A stretch of DNA of 63,930 bases, filler included, from Phoronis australis (Eukaryota; Animalia; Phoronida), in the NCBI GenBank assembly GCA_002633005.1. It is 6 parts of 6 records of this genome, joined end to end, with 100 filler letters (N's around TTAATTAATTAA, not from the genome) between each part and the next. Parts side by side here need not be neighbours in the genome. Positions count along the whole stretch, not along the records: positions 1 to 30,876 come from NMRA01000200.1; 5 more parts are not named here. One strand, written 5' to 3'. Every line of letters starts with the position of its first letter. The stretch's first letter is position 1. The notes beneath the pieces are model-generated. The model ran no database searches. It was not told the DNA's origin and was given only the letters and a program-made list of their open reading frames with translations. A program made the translations under genes and the position numbers. Positions 14,033 to 24,549 of this stretch are shown in pieces.

Positions 14033-14270
14033 CCAAATGTCAGCAATAGAGATGGAAAAAGTGATTACATCTCACCACCAGCAATGCTCTCCAAATGCCA
14101 GCAATAGAGATGTAAAAAGTGATTACATCTCACCACCAGCAATGCTCTCCAAATGTCAGCAATAGAGATGTAAAAAGTGATTACATCTCACCACCAGCAA
14201 TGCTCTCCAAATGTCAGCAATAGAGATGTAAAAAGTGATTACATCTCACCACCAGCAATGCTCTCCAAAT
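14033..14270. repeat. Minisatellite, 58 bp x4, with an internal hairpin
   Basis: Unit CCAAATGTCAGCAATAGAGATGTAAAAAGTGATTACATCTCACCACCAGCAATGCTCT; contains the inverted pair GAGATGTAA/TTACATCTC. Confidence 0.95.
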
Positions 14271-14374
14271 TGGAGACAACAATATGGCGGTGGCCTAATC
14301 TCTTGGACTCATTGTTTGCTCAACAAAATTCAACAAAATTAACTTCTTAAAATCTGTAATTCAGGCCAGGGCAT

Positions 14375-14537
14375 CTATGAGCCATACGGATTAGTATATA
14401 AACCATATGAAGTCCCAATTTCCCTCACTATGAGCCATACGGATTAGTATATAAACCATATGAAGTCCCAATTTCCCTCACTATGAGCCATACGGATTAG
14501 TATATAAACCATATGAAGTCCCAATTTCCCTCACTAT
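14375..14537. repeat. Minisatellite, 53 bp x3
   Basis: Unit CTATGAGCCATACGGATTAGTATATAAACCATATGAAGTCCCAATTTCCCTCA at 14375, 14428 and 14481. Confidence 0.95.
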
Positions 14538-15605
14538 TTTGCATGCAGTGGCAGAACAGACAAATTGTATTTTCTCATATTTTTATAAAAAATTTTAACC
14601 GCACTGAAGTTCTGTACCAAAGCTGCCATCAGAAAATATTTTTAAAAATGTGGGCATTCACAACAATGTTAGCGGATCTTGGAAAACAAAAACATGTAAT
14701 TTTTGTGATTACTTTTATCCAATTGAAAATGGATGATTTTAGCAATTCTTGTCGCACGAAATTAGTAAGGATGTTTTACCGTAAGATAAGCATTTCACGA
14801 TAATTATTATAAGAATTCAAGAGGCTGAAAAACGGAGATTTATGGCTGAAACACTACATCACATTTTAGGGAATCAAACAAATTTGTTGTATATGTAATT
14901 GTATTATTTCTAGAATTAGTTCTGCAAAAACTCTACGGTAAGTTAATAAGCATAAAAATCAGAAATCCATTAGACGACAGAAGTAGCTTAAGTTGCAATC
15001 ACAAAAAATGCAAAAAAAGTAATTCATGCATTGCTTACCGTAACCAAATGAAATAATCAATATTTGTCCCAAAATCAAAAGATCACGGGAGAAAAGTTTA
15101 AATCACACTAAAGCACGGAGGTAAATTGCACGACTTTTCATCTTGTATTCAGAGGAATTACATAGACACAGGTGGCTTCATCACCATAACTACGCCCTCC
15201 AGATAAACATATTGAGAATAGGAAATTAAGCAATCACCCCGCATCCTGAAATGCTACAAGACCATTCCTGATTCTGTGGTATTCACCCACAATGTTGTGC
15301 ACGCCACCCTTTCACTGCTGTCATACCTATTGCTATATTACAACTTGCCATTTCTCATTATTACACCATTGAATAGCGAAATTCAACAGAGAAAAATGGG
15401 CAGGCATACTGAGGCTTGCTACATTGTTATTTTATTGTTAGAATTCGCTTGGAAGTGTGTTTGAGGGCTAACTTTTTGAAAACTATCAAAGCACTTTTCT
15501 ACCTTCCCAAGACAGTAGAGTTGAATTTGGGAAGTGGCAATTCAAACCGAGATGACACTCAATTGTTACAGTTTAGAAAAAAATAGTGCTGACTCAACAT
15601 TCATA

Positions 15606-15712
15606 ACAATTTGTTAACACTGTTTCCATTCAACAGTTTGTTAACACTGTTTCCACTCAACATTTTGTTAACACTGTTTCCATTCAACAGTTTGTTAACA
15701 CTGTTTCCATTC
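15606..15712. repeat. Minisatellite, 27 bp x4
   Basis: Unit CAACAGTTTGTTAACACTGTTTCCATT. Confidence 0.9.
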
Positions 15713-15856
15713 ATTTTCAATTTAAGTCACTGTACTTGAATTTCAATGTGACTTTAAACTAGTTCTCCAGCATTTTCACAACATTCTCAAAGTACAACTA
15801 AGTTGTGTAGACTGAACAGCAAAACATAGTTCAGCTGACTTTTGCAATTAGTAGGA

Positions 15857-15937
15857 AAAATGACAGGGGGCATTAACAATGCAAAATGACAGGGGGCATT
15901 AACAATGCAAAATGACAGGGGGCATTAACAATGCAAA
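15857..15937. repeat. Minisatellite, 26 bp x3
   Basis: Unit AAAATGACAGGGGGCATTAACAATGC. Confidence 0.9.
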
Positions 15938-16199
15938 AATAATGTGATTTGACTATTCTTCCATTGACTCTCTGCAAAATAAAGCATATACTGGAAACTG
16001 ACAAATTAGTCATTTGTCCAACATTAGATATTTAACGGATCACCTAAAAATTATTTTTATCGCATTAATATTTGTAAATATGTGACATTAAAAGCATTAC
16101 CCCTTTCATTTTGAAGGAATCGCAAAGACAGCCATTCATGAAAATGACCGGCGTTTCCGATACCACGTGACCCCTCGCTCTAGTATTATCAGGACTATG

Positions 16200-16620
16200 T
16201 TCTGGATTAGGAACCAGTTTGCCAATTGACAAAACCCACATGGCACCTACCGATGAGCAGACCAGAAGTTTGAAAATAAGTGTACAGGTGTCCTAGCAAA
16301 ATGTGCGGTTCATTGAAATATCAAGATATTTATATGCCCTACTGGCAATGTACTGCACTGTTCAAGTTACCATCTATCACAGTTAACAGACTAGAACACA
16401 CGATCTTGTACGATTCACTGATTCACCGTTGCTGAGCATTCCGCTGCTAATGAGGCATTGCATGTTATTGGATTTCGTATTTCACACCACCTGAACGTCA
16501 TGACAACAAGACTGTACAAACTGCAGACACAAGAATATCTTTGGGTTAACTTCAAAAATGTGAAGCTTAACCAACACATGAAGAATTTTTCATACGTTTA
16601 AAGCAGCGTCTTGTTTCAAA
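16200..16620 (-). pseudogene. Possible decayed KDZ/CxC-type (HMGXB3-like) transposase relic
   Basis: Frameshifted minus-strand peptides LHIFE/LTQRYSCVCSLYSLVVM and FQTSGLLIGRC(P)CGF. They recall HFEALT..YSCV.CG..P.VVIMD and SGG....CP.G motifs from memory of this family. Many stops. Confidence 0.25.
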
Positions 16621-17920
16621 GTCTAGAAGCAAGGCTGGAAAAACCACGGGTATTTTGGTCATTAGATAGCGCTTACCTTGAACTCTGGATCTGCACTTAG
16701 AACCTTTTGTTTTTTTTTGAAGTCAAACAATCACTCTTCAATTTCAACTGGTCTGTTAACCCAAACATTTTTCAAATTTCAGCTCATCCATTTACCCAAA
16801 ACACATAGTATATTATTCACGGAAAATAAAAATTTCAAGAATAGTTACAAAATTTCCCAATAACACCAAAACTAAACAAATCGGACTGTTGTCATTAGGT
16901 GGCGTGTCAAACTGTTTCATTGTTTCCCTGGTATTATCTGTGTGTACCACTCACTTCCTTCCTTACATACAAAACGGAAAATCTTATCACGGGCGAACCT
17001 TGGATACACTGTAAAAACTTGGGATCCATCAATGATTCCCTCTGAGAAGTGGGGCTCTCAACTTGGGAATTTTTGGAAAGGTATTAGTTCCAAGAAGGAG
17101 ACAATTCGATTTGCTTCTAATTGCTTTAGCTAAAAAGTGCCACTGACAAGTTTTATTAAAGACTGTTGCTAAGATAACGGTAGGTATATAATTGCTCACC
17201 TGATACAGAAACAAAAAAATCCAAGTAATGAAAATTCTGTCGTAGACCATATTCAAAGTCAACAGTTGTCTTCGTAAACCTATTTAATAAACTGTGCACG
17301 TCAATGGAAGTCTAGAACAAGGTGGTCTCAGGTATGACTGGCCTTAGGGCCTTTGATAATGCGGATGGCTGTACTCCTTATGTTATAAAAACACTTACTT
17401 TCATTTAGCAAAATTCCACCTGGATGAAGAATTGTCTAAGTGTTCAACAGCAGACTAACAATCTAAGGTTATTCTCACTAACACTCATACATAAATGAAG
17501 AATATTTATCCAATAAATGCTCATAAGCTGTCAGATTTCAGCAAAATCAGGCAACTGTGTGATTTCGTTGTTAATTAGAGAATCGTTTCCAAGAGCCATA
17601 CTTTACTATCAACCCGATGACGATCTTTCAACTTGATGACGACCTTTCAGCAAATAAATCACACTCACAAGGAAGTGGAAATGAGTCTCAGTTTATTTTT
17701 GTCAGCGAAACTTGACAACAAAGATTACGTCTTTCTGTCACATTGCGCACTAAATGAAAGAATACTACAAGTCAAGCCACTAACCACAGCTGTTGTAAAT
17801 GACCTAAGTAACAGGCAGTGATAATTAGGTCAAGTCAAAATGACTTCAAGTTCAAGTTCAGTAAAGCATGTCAGCGGTGGTGAACATGTCCACTGAATTA
17901 ATCAACAAACTCCCCGGTTT

Positions 17921-18056
17921 TATCATGTATCATTAAAAGTGCCAACTTGGTTCTATCATGTATCATTAAGAGTGCCAACTTGGTTCTATCATGTATCACT
18001 AAGAGTGCCAACTTGGTTCTATCATGTATCATTAAGAGTGACAACTTGGTTCTATT
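17921..18056. repeat. Minisatellite, 33 bp x4
   Basis: Unit TATCATGTATCATTAAGAGTGCCAACTTGGTTC; accounts for the repetitive ORFs 17898-18092 and 17939-18127. Confidence 0.95.
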
Positions 18057-18534
18057 CCAAAGCAGAAAATGAAAGAATAGTCGTCGCTGCATGGGACTTT
18101 AAAGAGGACTTAACGATTTTACCTTAAAAAATTTTTGCGATTACTGTTGCATGGATACACCATTTAGAGGGCATTAATTTTTACCAGGGCCACAAAACAA
18201 TAACATCTGCTGACTTATTACAAATCACCAATTCTCAACATTAACTTTTAGACATTCACTGAAATCATGGCCTGTAACTTTACCAGGCAACTACTCTTAA
18301 AATACTGCTATTTATACAGTGGGATTTACCTGACAGCAGAGCTGTACCCAAGTTCGCTTCTGTGCCGAGGTGAATCTCAAAAAACATTTTTTTTCGCTGA
18401 CAACATTACTCTAATAATTATCCTAATAATTAATAACAGGCCGCAGAACATATTACAGAACCTTGTTACGTAGATGCCGCCACAGCACTTGAGAGTTTCA
18501 GTTGACTTGTTTGGTCAACCATATTTGTAACTAC

Positions 18535-18950
18535 AACAAGAGCAACGCAGAGCATTGAAATGCGCCCATGAATGCAACGCAAATGGTGTGCTGTTAGGGT
18601 TGTTTATTTGTGCCATAAAATGGCCACTAGATGGCACAAAAACGTACAATCCATCCAAAAACGGGTACATGTAATTGCTTCTTTAATAGAAAGTTATACA
18701 CCAAATTTCATAGAAATCCGTCATGGAACTTCAGAGAAACAAAGGAGAACCGAATAAAATGAAATTGCCACATGGGGGCACACTGCTCATTAGATCCGCC
18801 TGAAAGTGGTCATTGTCTGTTGTTAACTTCATATATAAACACTTACTAAATAAATTTAATAAAGATCCAGCAGTGATTTTAAGGGGATACAGCTATGGGA
18901 GCAAAACAAATCTACCACTAGGAGCCACAGTAGTCAAAGTTGTCATAGTT
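18535..18950 (-). mobile_element. Helentron-like non-autonomous element (HINE/DINE-1-like), truncated copy
   Basis: Begins AACAAGAGCAACGCAGAGCATTGAAATGCGCCC, the reverse complement of the 3' end with its subTIR and hairpin; homologous to 20676-21070. Confidence 0.7.
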
Positions 18951-19790
18951 AAACAATTGTATCAAATGGTATTTTGCCAAACTCTATTGCCCCTATTCCG
19001 CTGACTATTGGCAGGGCAAGTTTTCATGATTTCGACGAAGTGTGCAAAGCCACACCTGACGAGATTTTGTCAAGAATTTGTCGGAATTGAAACGTGATCT
19101 AGTTGAAAACTAATGGATATTTAATAACAGTTTTGTACATCAATAGTTTGTCGAATTTCTATACTATTTTGAAAACAACAGTTTATATCATGCCCGATGG
19201 TCAACCTCACAAGTGGCATGCAAGATGCTTCAATCAACTGGATAAATGCCAAGTCTTTGTTTTAAGTTTCTGTCCTCGTATTGCGGTTTACCCAAGAAGT
19301 GAAAAGAACATGAAATTGCAAATGAAAGTTAGAGTAAAAGAGTGATAAAATAACAGGTCTTATAAATCATGTAGCACGTTTTTACTCCAGAGAATGATGG
19401 AACAAAACAAGACAGTTAACAGACAATAATCACACTGCTAAACCTCCATAGACTTCAAGTACATTTTCACTACAAAATAATTACAAAAGCATAATGCTTG
19501 AGCAGTTATTACTGGACAGAGCTGCACCTGTAGGCAAAACTAATTTATGACAGAAAAAAATTCAAACCATCACTTATCAACTTTCATAGTCCTGCGGCAT
19601 CCAAGATGAACAGGATTTTGCAGAAAAGTAATGGAATCTAATTCAAAGAAGTATGAAAAAAGCAGTGGTATTCACTTATAATGATAAACTTACAAAAATG
19701 CTGCTTTGTGGCAACCAAATTTGAACAAGAAAGCTACCCAATGTATTATGCACCAATCAGGTGCTGCCCTCAACACAAGAAATGACTTAC

Positions 19791-19901
19791 CCTCCTAGAT
19801 GTGGGGACCTCTATAGGCACTGGAACAACACCAGCAGTGATACAGCCATAGAATGCACACATGAATGAGATGGGGTCATTGTTAGGGTACACCAGTGCCA
19901 C
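19791..19901 (-). CDS. DIP2: Disco-interacting protein 2 homolog, exon
   Basis: AG/GT flanked, 111 nt, phase 0-0: VALVYPNNDPISFMCAFYGCITAGVVPVPIEVPTSRR (DIP2C has VALVFPNNDPAAFMAAFYGCLLAEVVPVPIEVPLTRK). Confidence 0.97.
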
Positions 19902-20224
19902 CTACAGACAGAAAAAAAACTGTGATACTTCATTCAAAAATTGACATTGTGTTTCAAAAGACGTGAATCCAGATTCGGCCAAAAAAGCATACGCACGAAG
20001 GAAAATTAATCAGTATATGACACATTGTGGCAGATAAATGGAATTGTATTTAGCCAAATTTCTCAAAGTTGCCAACGAACAACAACTGTAAAAAAAATCA
20101 AGCATTTTTAGCACTGTAGCAAGCCTTTCGAGAATAAGCAATTGCAACTTTGGCAATCATGTTAAATCCCAAGTGGAAGAATTTCAACTGTAATCCAGCA
20201 AGGTACGCTGTTGTTGAGACTCAC

Positions 20225-20316
20225 CCGGTCACCAGCCTTTACAGAAGGCTCATGTTTTGTGCCAAGCTTGTTAAGGAGGCTGTAGGCAATCTTTTGTGTG
20301 CGGCTGTAGAGTTTTC
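20225..20316 (-). CDS. DIP2: DIP2 homolog, exon
   Basis: AG/GT flanked, 92 nt, phase 1-0: (G)KLYSRTQKIAYSLLNKLGTKHEPSVKAGDR. Confidence 0.96.
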
Positions 20317-20325
20317 CTAAAACGG

Positions 20326-20431
20326 AAACATTTACACTCAAGGACTAGGTAAACATTTACACTTAAGGATTTAGGTAAACATTTACACTTAAGGATTTAG
20401 GTAAACATTTACACTGAAGGATTAGGTAAAC
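20326..20431. repeat. Minisatellite, 25-26 bp x4, immediately upstream of a DIP2 splice acceptor
   Basis: Unit AAACATTTACACTTAAGGATTTAGGT. Confidence 0.9.
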
Positions 20432-20675
20432 GGCACTGAAGCCCAAACTATACTGCAGAAACAGGTGCAAAATTTAAAAAGTCCTTCAACAGTGTGTGTC
20501 AGTGATGAAAATTTTTGCTTCTCAAGAGCTGGAATGTATTACTGTTGACAATTTTGGGCTTTTCTATAACGATCAATACAGTGACTAGGCACAGTGACAA
20601 CATTTCAAATCTATATTCTCTACCAAATTTACTACTAATTGACGGTCCACTCCCCCTTCCCTCATGCCTGGTAAT

Positions 20676-21933
20676 ACAAGAGCAACACGGAAATGCATCC
20701 ACGAATGCACCGCTAATGGTGTTCTTCAAGAGTTGTTCATTTTTTGTATCATAAAAATGGCCACTAGATGGCACAAAACATCCAACCCATCTGAAAACGG
20801 AACATGCCATTGCTTCTTTAATAGAAAGCTTTTTACCAAATTTCATGAAAATCTGTCAAGGCTCTTCAGAGAAACAAAAGAAAATGAAAAAAAAAGAAAT
20901 TGCCACTAGAGGGCACCGCATCTGCCTCAAAGTCGTCATCTATTGTTAGCTTCAAATAAATACACTTACTAAATTTAATAAAGATCCTGCAGTGGGTTAA
21001 GGAGATACAGCAAGGGCAGCAAAACAAAACCACCACTAGGAGGCGCCACAGTAATTGAAGTTGTCAAAGTAACAGTCCTCTTCACAGAGAGAACATATAC
21101 ACCAATTTTCAAAATCATCCTTACAATGGTTTGGTTGATAGAGGGGTGGCCGCCAAAAAGCAGACTCGAAAACAGTAAAGATGGAAACTAGGTGGCACAA
21201 AATACTTCGAATCCATCCGAAAATGGGAGGATACCATCACCTCAACAATACATGCCTGGTATATTCCAAATTTTATTAAACCCCATTGAGGACCTTTGAA
21301 TACGCACAGGCAAAAGCTAAAATTGTCACCAGGGAGGACAGTGATGGTCAGATCCGTACGAAAGTCGTCGTCCGTTGTAAAAATCATATACACTTGCTAA
21401 ATTTAGTAAAGACAATGCAAATGGTTTAGGAGATATAGCCATGGACGCAAAAAAAAAACTGCCACCAGGAGGTGCCACAACAGTCAAAGTCATCAGAAAT
21501 CCTAGTCAGCCATCCTCTTCATAGCGAGAACATACATGCCAATTTTCAAAATCATCCTTAGAGCGGTTTGATTGATAGTGGGGTGGACGCCAAAAAACAT
21601 ACTCGAAAACAGTAAAAGTGGCCACTAGGTGGTGCAAACATGAAAAGTGTCACCTCATTAACACATGTCTATACTCCAAATTTTATGGAAATAGAACAAG
21701 GATTTCCGAAAATACAGAGGTAAGCACAAAAAACTAAAAATGCCACTTGGGGGTACACCGGGAGTTGGGGAGGTTTGAAATTCGTTGTCATATGTTGTGA
21801 GCTTGATAGGAACACGTCTGCCAAATCTCATCAAGATCCTGTGAGGGGTTTAGGAGCTAGGGACGCCAGACACCCGGACAGACAGAGATGACGGCAATAC
21901 ACGACCACATATAAATATTTGGGCGCATAAAAA
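20676..21933 (-). mobile_element. Helentron-like non-autonomous element (HINE/DINE-1-like), apparently full length
   Basis: On the minus strand it starts TTTTTATGCGCCC (subTIR), has a GTCTGTCC-type motif and repeated GATCTT..TGAAATTTGG cores, contains internal tandem modules, and ends GTTGCTCTTGT. Confidence 0.75.
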
Positions 21934-22240
21934 GCTAACAGAACACTGTTCCTGACATGAGACTAGTATCTCGGGATAAAGCCGTGGAATACACTTGTTT
22001 TCCATGGTTCTACGAGGATCAGCTCATCAGTGTAATTTTTTACTTAATAACAACTTCATCTTTTTTCTATTTTACATCAAAGTTGTTCAGTTTTAACCTG
22101 CCGAAACTGCACAGGGCTCAATCAAATTTCGTTATGAGTAATTACTACTCTAATAATTGTGAAAACTATAAAACTTCTACATTTCAGTAATTTTTCAATG
22201 AACATCTGGAGAGTGTCTAATTCTCCAACAATTGCCATAC

Positions 22241-22364
22241 CATATGTGAGCGTGAAGACGGGCTTCCCATTGTGGTCCAGTGTCGTCAAGACTGGAGCCT
22301 TGTAAGAGGCGGAGCCATACCGTTGAATGGCAGCTTCTAGATTACGGGGAAGACCCGATGGAAT
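22241..22364 (-). CDS. DIP2: DIP2 homolog, exon
   Basis: AG/GT flanked, 124 nt, phase 0-1: IPSGLPRNLEAAIQRYGSASYKAPVLTTLDHNGKPVFTLTY(G). Confidence 0.96.
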
Positions 22365-22955
22365 CTGCGATAGAACAATTTAGAATCAAAATTGAGCACG
22401 ACCACACAGGAGAATTGTATTAATCTGACAGAACTGAGCGACGTGGGCAGTTTGCTGTAGTGTGTAATGCAACAGCGTAGACATAAGTTTTTTGGGACGC
22501 AGTGTAGGCAACTTTTGTTGTGCTTTCCCGTTCATGAAGTCTTCATTTTCCACGGGCTTTTCAGGGTAAATTATACTTTCCAGGAGTTATCTGCACAAAA
22601 AGCAGACGTACAGTAAGGATTGATGCCAAACTGAATGAGCAAATTGATGATGGCTCTCGCAAAATTATGGCATTCCCTATCATACCAAATTTTCCCCGCG
22701 ACTTTTCCATGAATTTTGAAGACCGTTTCATTTTCTGCGGGTTTACAGGAAAGGAAAATTGATTTTTGATGTTCGGTCATTCCATAACCATCAAGTTCAC
22801 ACCCTATACATGAATAATTCTTTCCAAGTGCCAAACTGCGAGTCTGAAACCGACAGCTTAGAACCATCGGCAGAACCGTCGAAACTTTACAATCAATCTT
22901 CTCAAACTATCGCGCTAATAAAATTCTGGCGGCGTCAATCATTCTAAGTAAGTAC

Positions 22956-23146
22956 CACAAGTTGTTCTCCAATGGCAGGGGTAATGGTGGCGCCCTCTGG
23001 TCTGGGTGCAGACGGATCGACAATGGGCACCTCTATCTCCGACGACTCATCTTCGAAGAACTCTTTTAGAGGTCGCCGCTTGGGCCTTTTGAGAGTGTTG
23101 AGGAGTTGTTGTATTTTTGACGAGACCTTCCCAGTGGCACGTGATT
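22956..23146 (-). CDS. DIP2: DIP2 homolog, exon
   Basis: AG/GT flanked, 191 nt, phase 1-0: (E)SRATGKVSSKIQQLLNTLKRPKRRPLKEFFEDESSEIEVPIVDPSAPRPEGATITPAIGEQLV. Contains the DIP2 signature KIQQL.NTLKRPKR.PL.EFF. Confidence 0.97.
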
Positions 23147-23713
23147 CTGGAATAAACACAAATTTGTGACTAAAGTGATGAGACGAGAGCTGTCAATTTC
23201 CACAGTTTCCACTCGAACCATACTCCAAATGTACATAACTTTTAAAGAGTATGTAAGACCTTGTAGAAATTCCAAATTGGGAAAATTTCAGAACGTCAGA
23301 TCTCAGAAATGGCTGATCGCATTGATATGAAACTTTCAGATACTGTGTTTTATGCATCATTCTCCAAAATATTGAATTGCTTTTTATAAACTGTTCCACG
23401 TCTGCAACAGGACTTCTATCATTTACGTGAAAGAAATTTAAGTTGCAACGAAGTGATAATTTCAAAAACTGCAACAGAGTTTTTGAAATTTCATCTTTAA
23501 CATTATTATATCAAAAACATTGGATCACAATTATTTATAGATTTACAGCAAATACTGTTAACAATTGGGAACACAACATAGCAGACAAGAGGAATTTTAT
23601 TTTGACAAACTTCCCAAAAAATAATCAAGAAAATTTCCTCTTCGCCATTAATATGGTTTGTGCGCAGACATTACAATCAAAACAAAGTCGAAAAATATAT
23701 TTCATTTACACAC

Positions 23714-23860
23714 CGTCCGTGTCCTTCAGTCCCGTGATATTGCCTGAATGAGTGGCGCGCACCGACTGTGCATGACTCGATGGCACGTAGCGGTTGACGC
23801 GGTCCGCACGTGTCAGCGTACTCGTGTTGTTAGTGACATCTGGTGGATTGGTCTTCACAG
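23714..23860 (-). CDS. DIP2: DIP2 homolog, exon
   Basis: AG/GT flanked, 147 nt, phase 1-1: VKTNPPDVTNNTSTLTRADRVNRYVPSSHAQSVRATHSGNITGLKDTD. Has the PPDVT motif and splices in frame to the next exon. Confidence 0.88.
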
Positions 23861-24549
23861 CTGAAATGCAGCCGAAGAATGTGTGAAAACTGCACAGCGT
23901 GTAATTGGAACAGCCCGAGTGGCATGAGTGGATTGAAAGAGAACATTCAATGTTTGCAGCACCTTTAACCCTATCGTGTTTCTATTTACAACAAAATCAC
24001 CATATGGTGAAGACCACATTAAATTGAGAAATTCCACTTATTTTGAGTGCATGTACAAAAATGACCATAACTTTACTATTTGGCAAGATATTAACTTGAT
24101 TTTTGGAACATATATCCGACATATGATGGTGTTCATGTAGCTGTTGACTTTATGAGCGAAACTCATCAAATTATCAGGTAAATGCAGGTAAAGGTAGCAA
24201 ATAATGTGCTTGTCAATTAAATTACGCCATTTCCATCCAAAGTATTACTGTTTTTATTGCTTAGACAATAAAATAATTAATTCACAATGTTCTTCAATTC
24301 ATTCTAAAAAGTCAGGTAAGTATTCACCGCATTACCAAGACAATATGTTAGATAACAACAAGCAGGTAACAACCAAGTCAACAGGCAGAAAGATGAACAC
24401 AATGTACAAGCCCAAAATCTTAGGATAATTTGGCTTGCAATAACAGTTAAAACCAAAAACATACTCAGCAAAATGTTAAACAACAGTCACAGGTTACCAT
24501 TTAACCATTACCTGAAGGTAATGAGCCACAACAAACAAGCAGGTATAGG

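Noticed and set aside
16673-16700. DPEFK followed by GTAAG as the DIP2 GEIPQFKG exon end
   Set aside because: There is an in-frame stop upstream and no DAGSQQIGFLL-like start.
23965-23972. TTAACCCT as the second piggyBac terminus
   Set aside because: Only 4 bp beyond TTAA match the terminus at 27796; too short to support.
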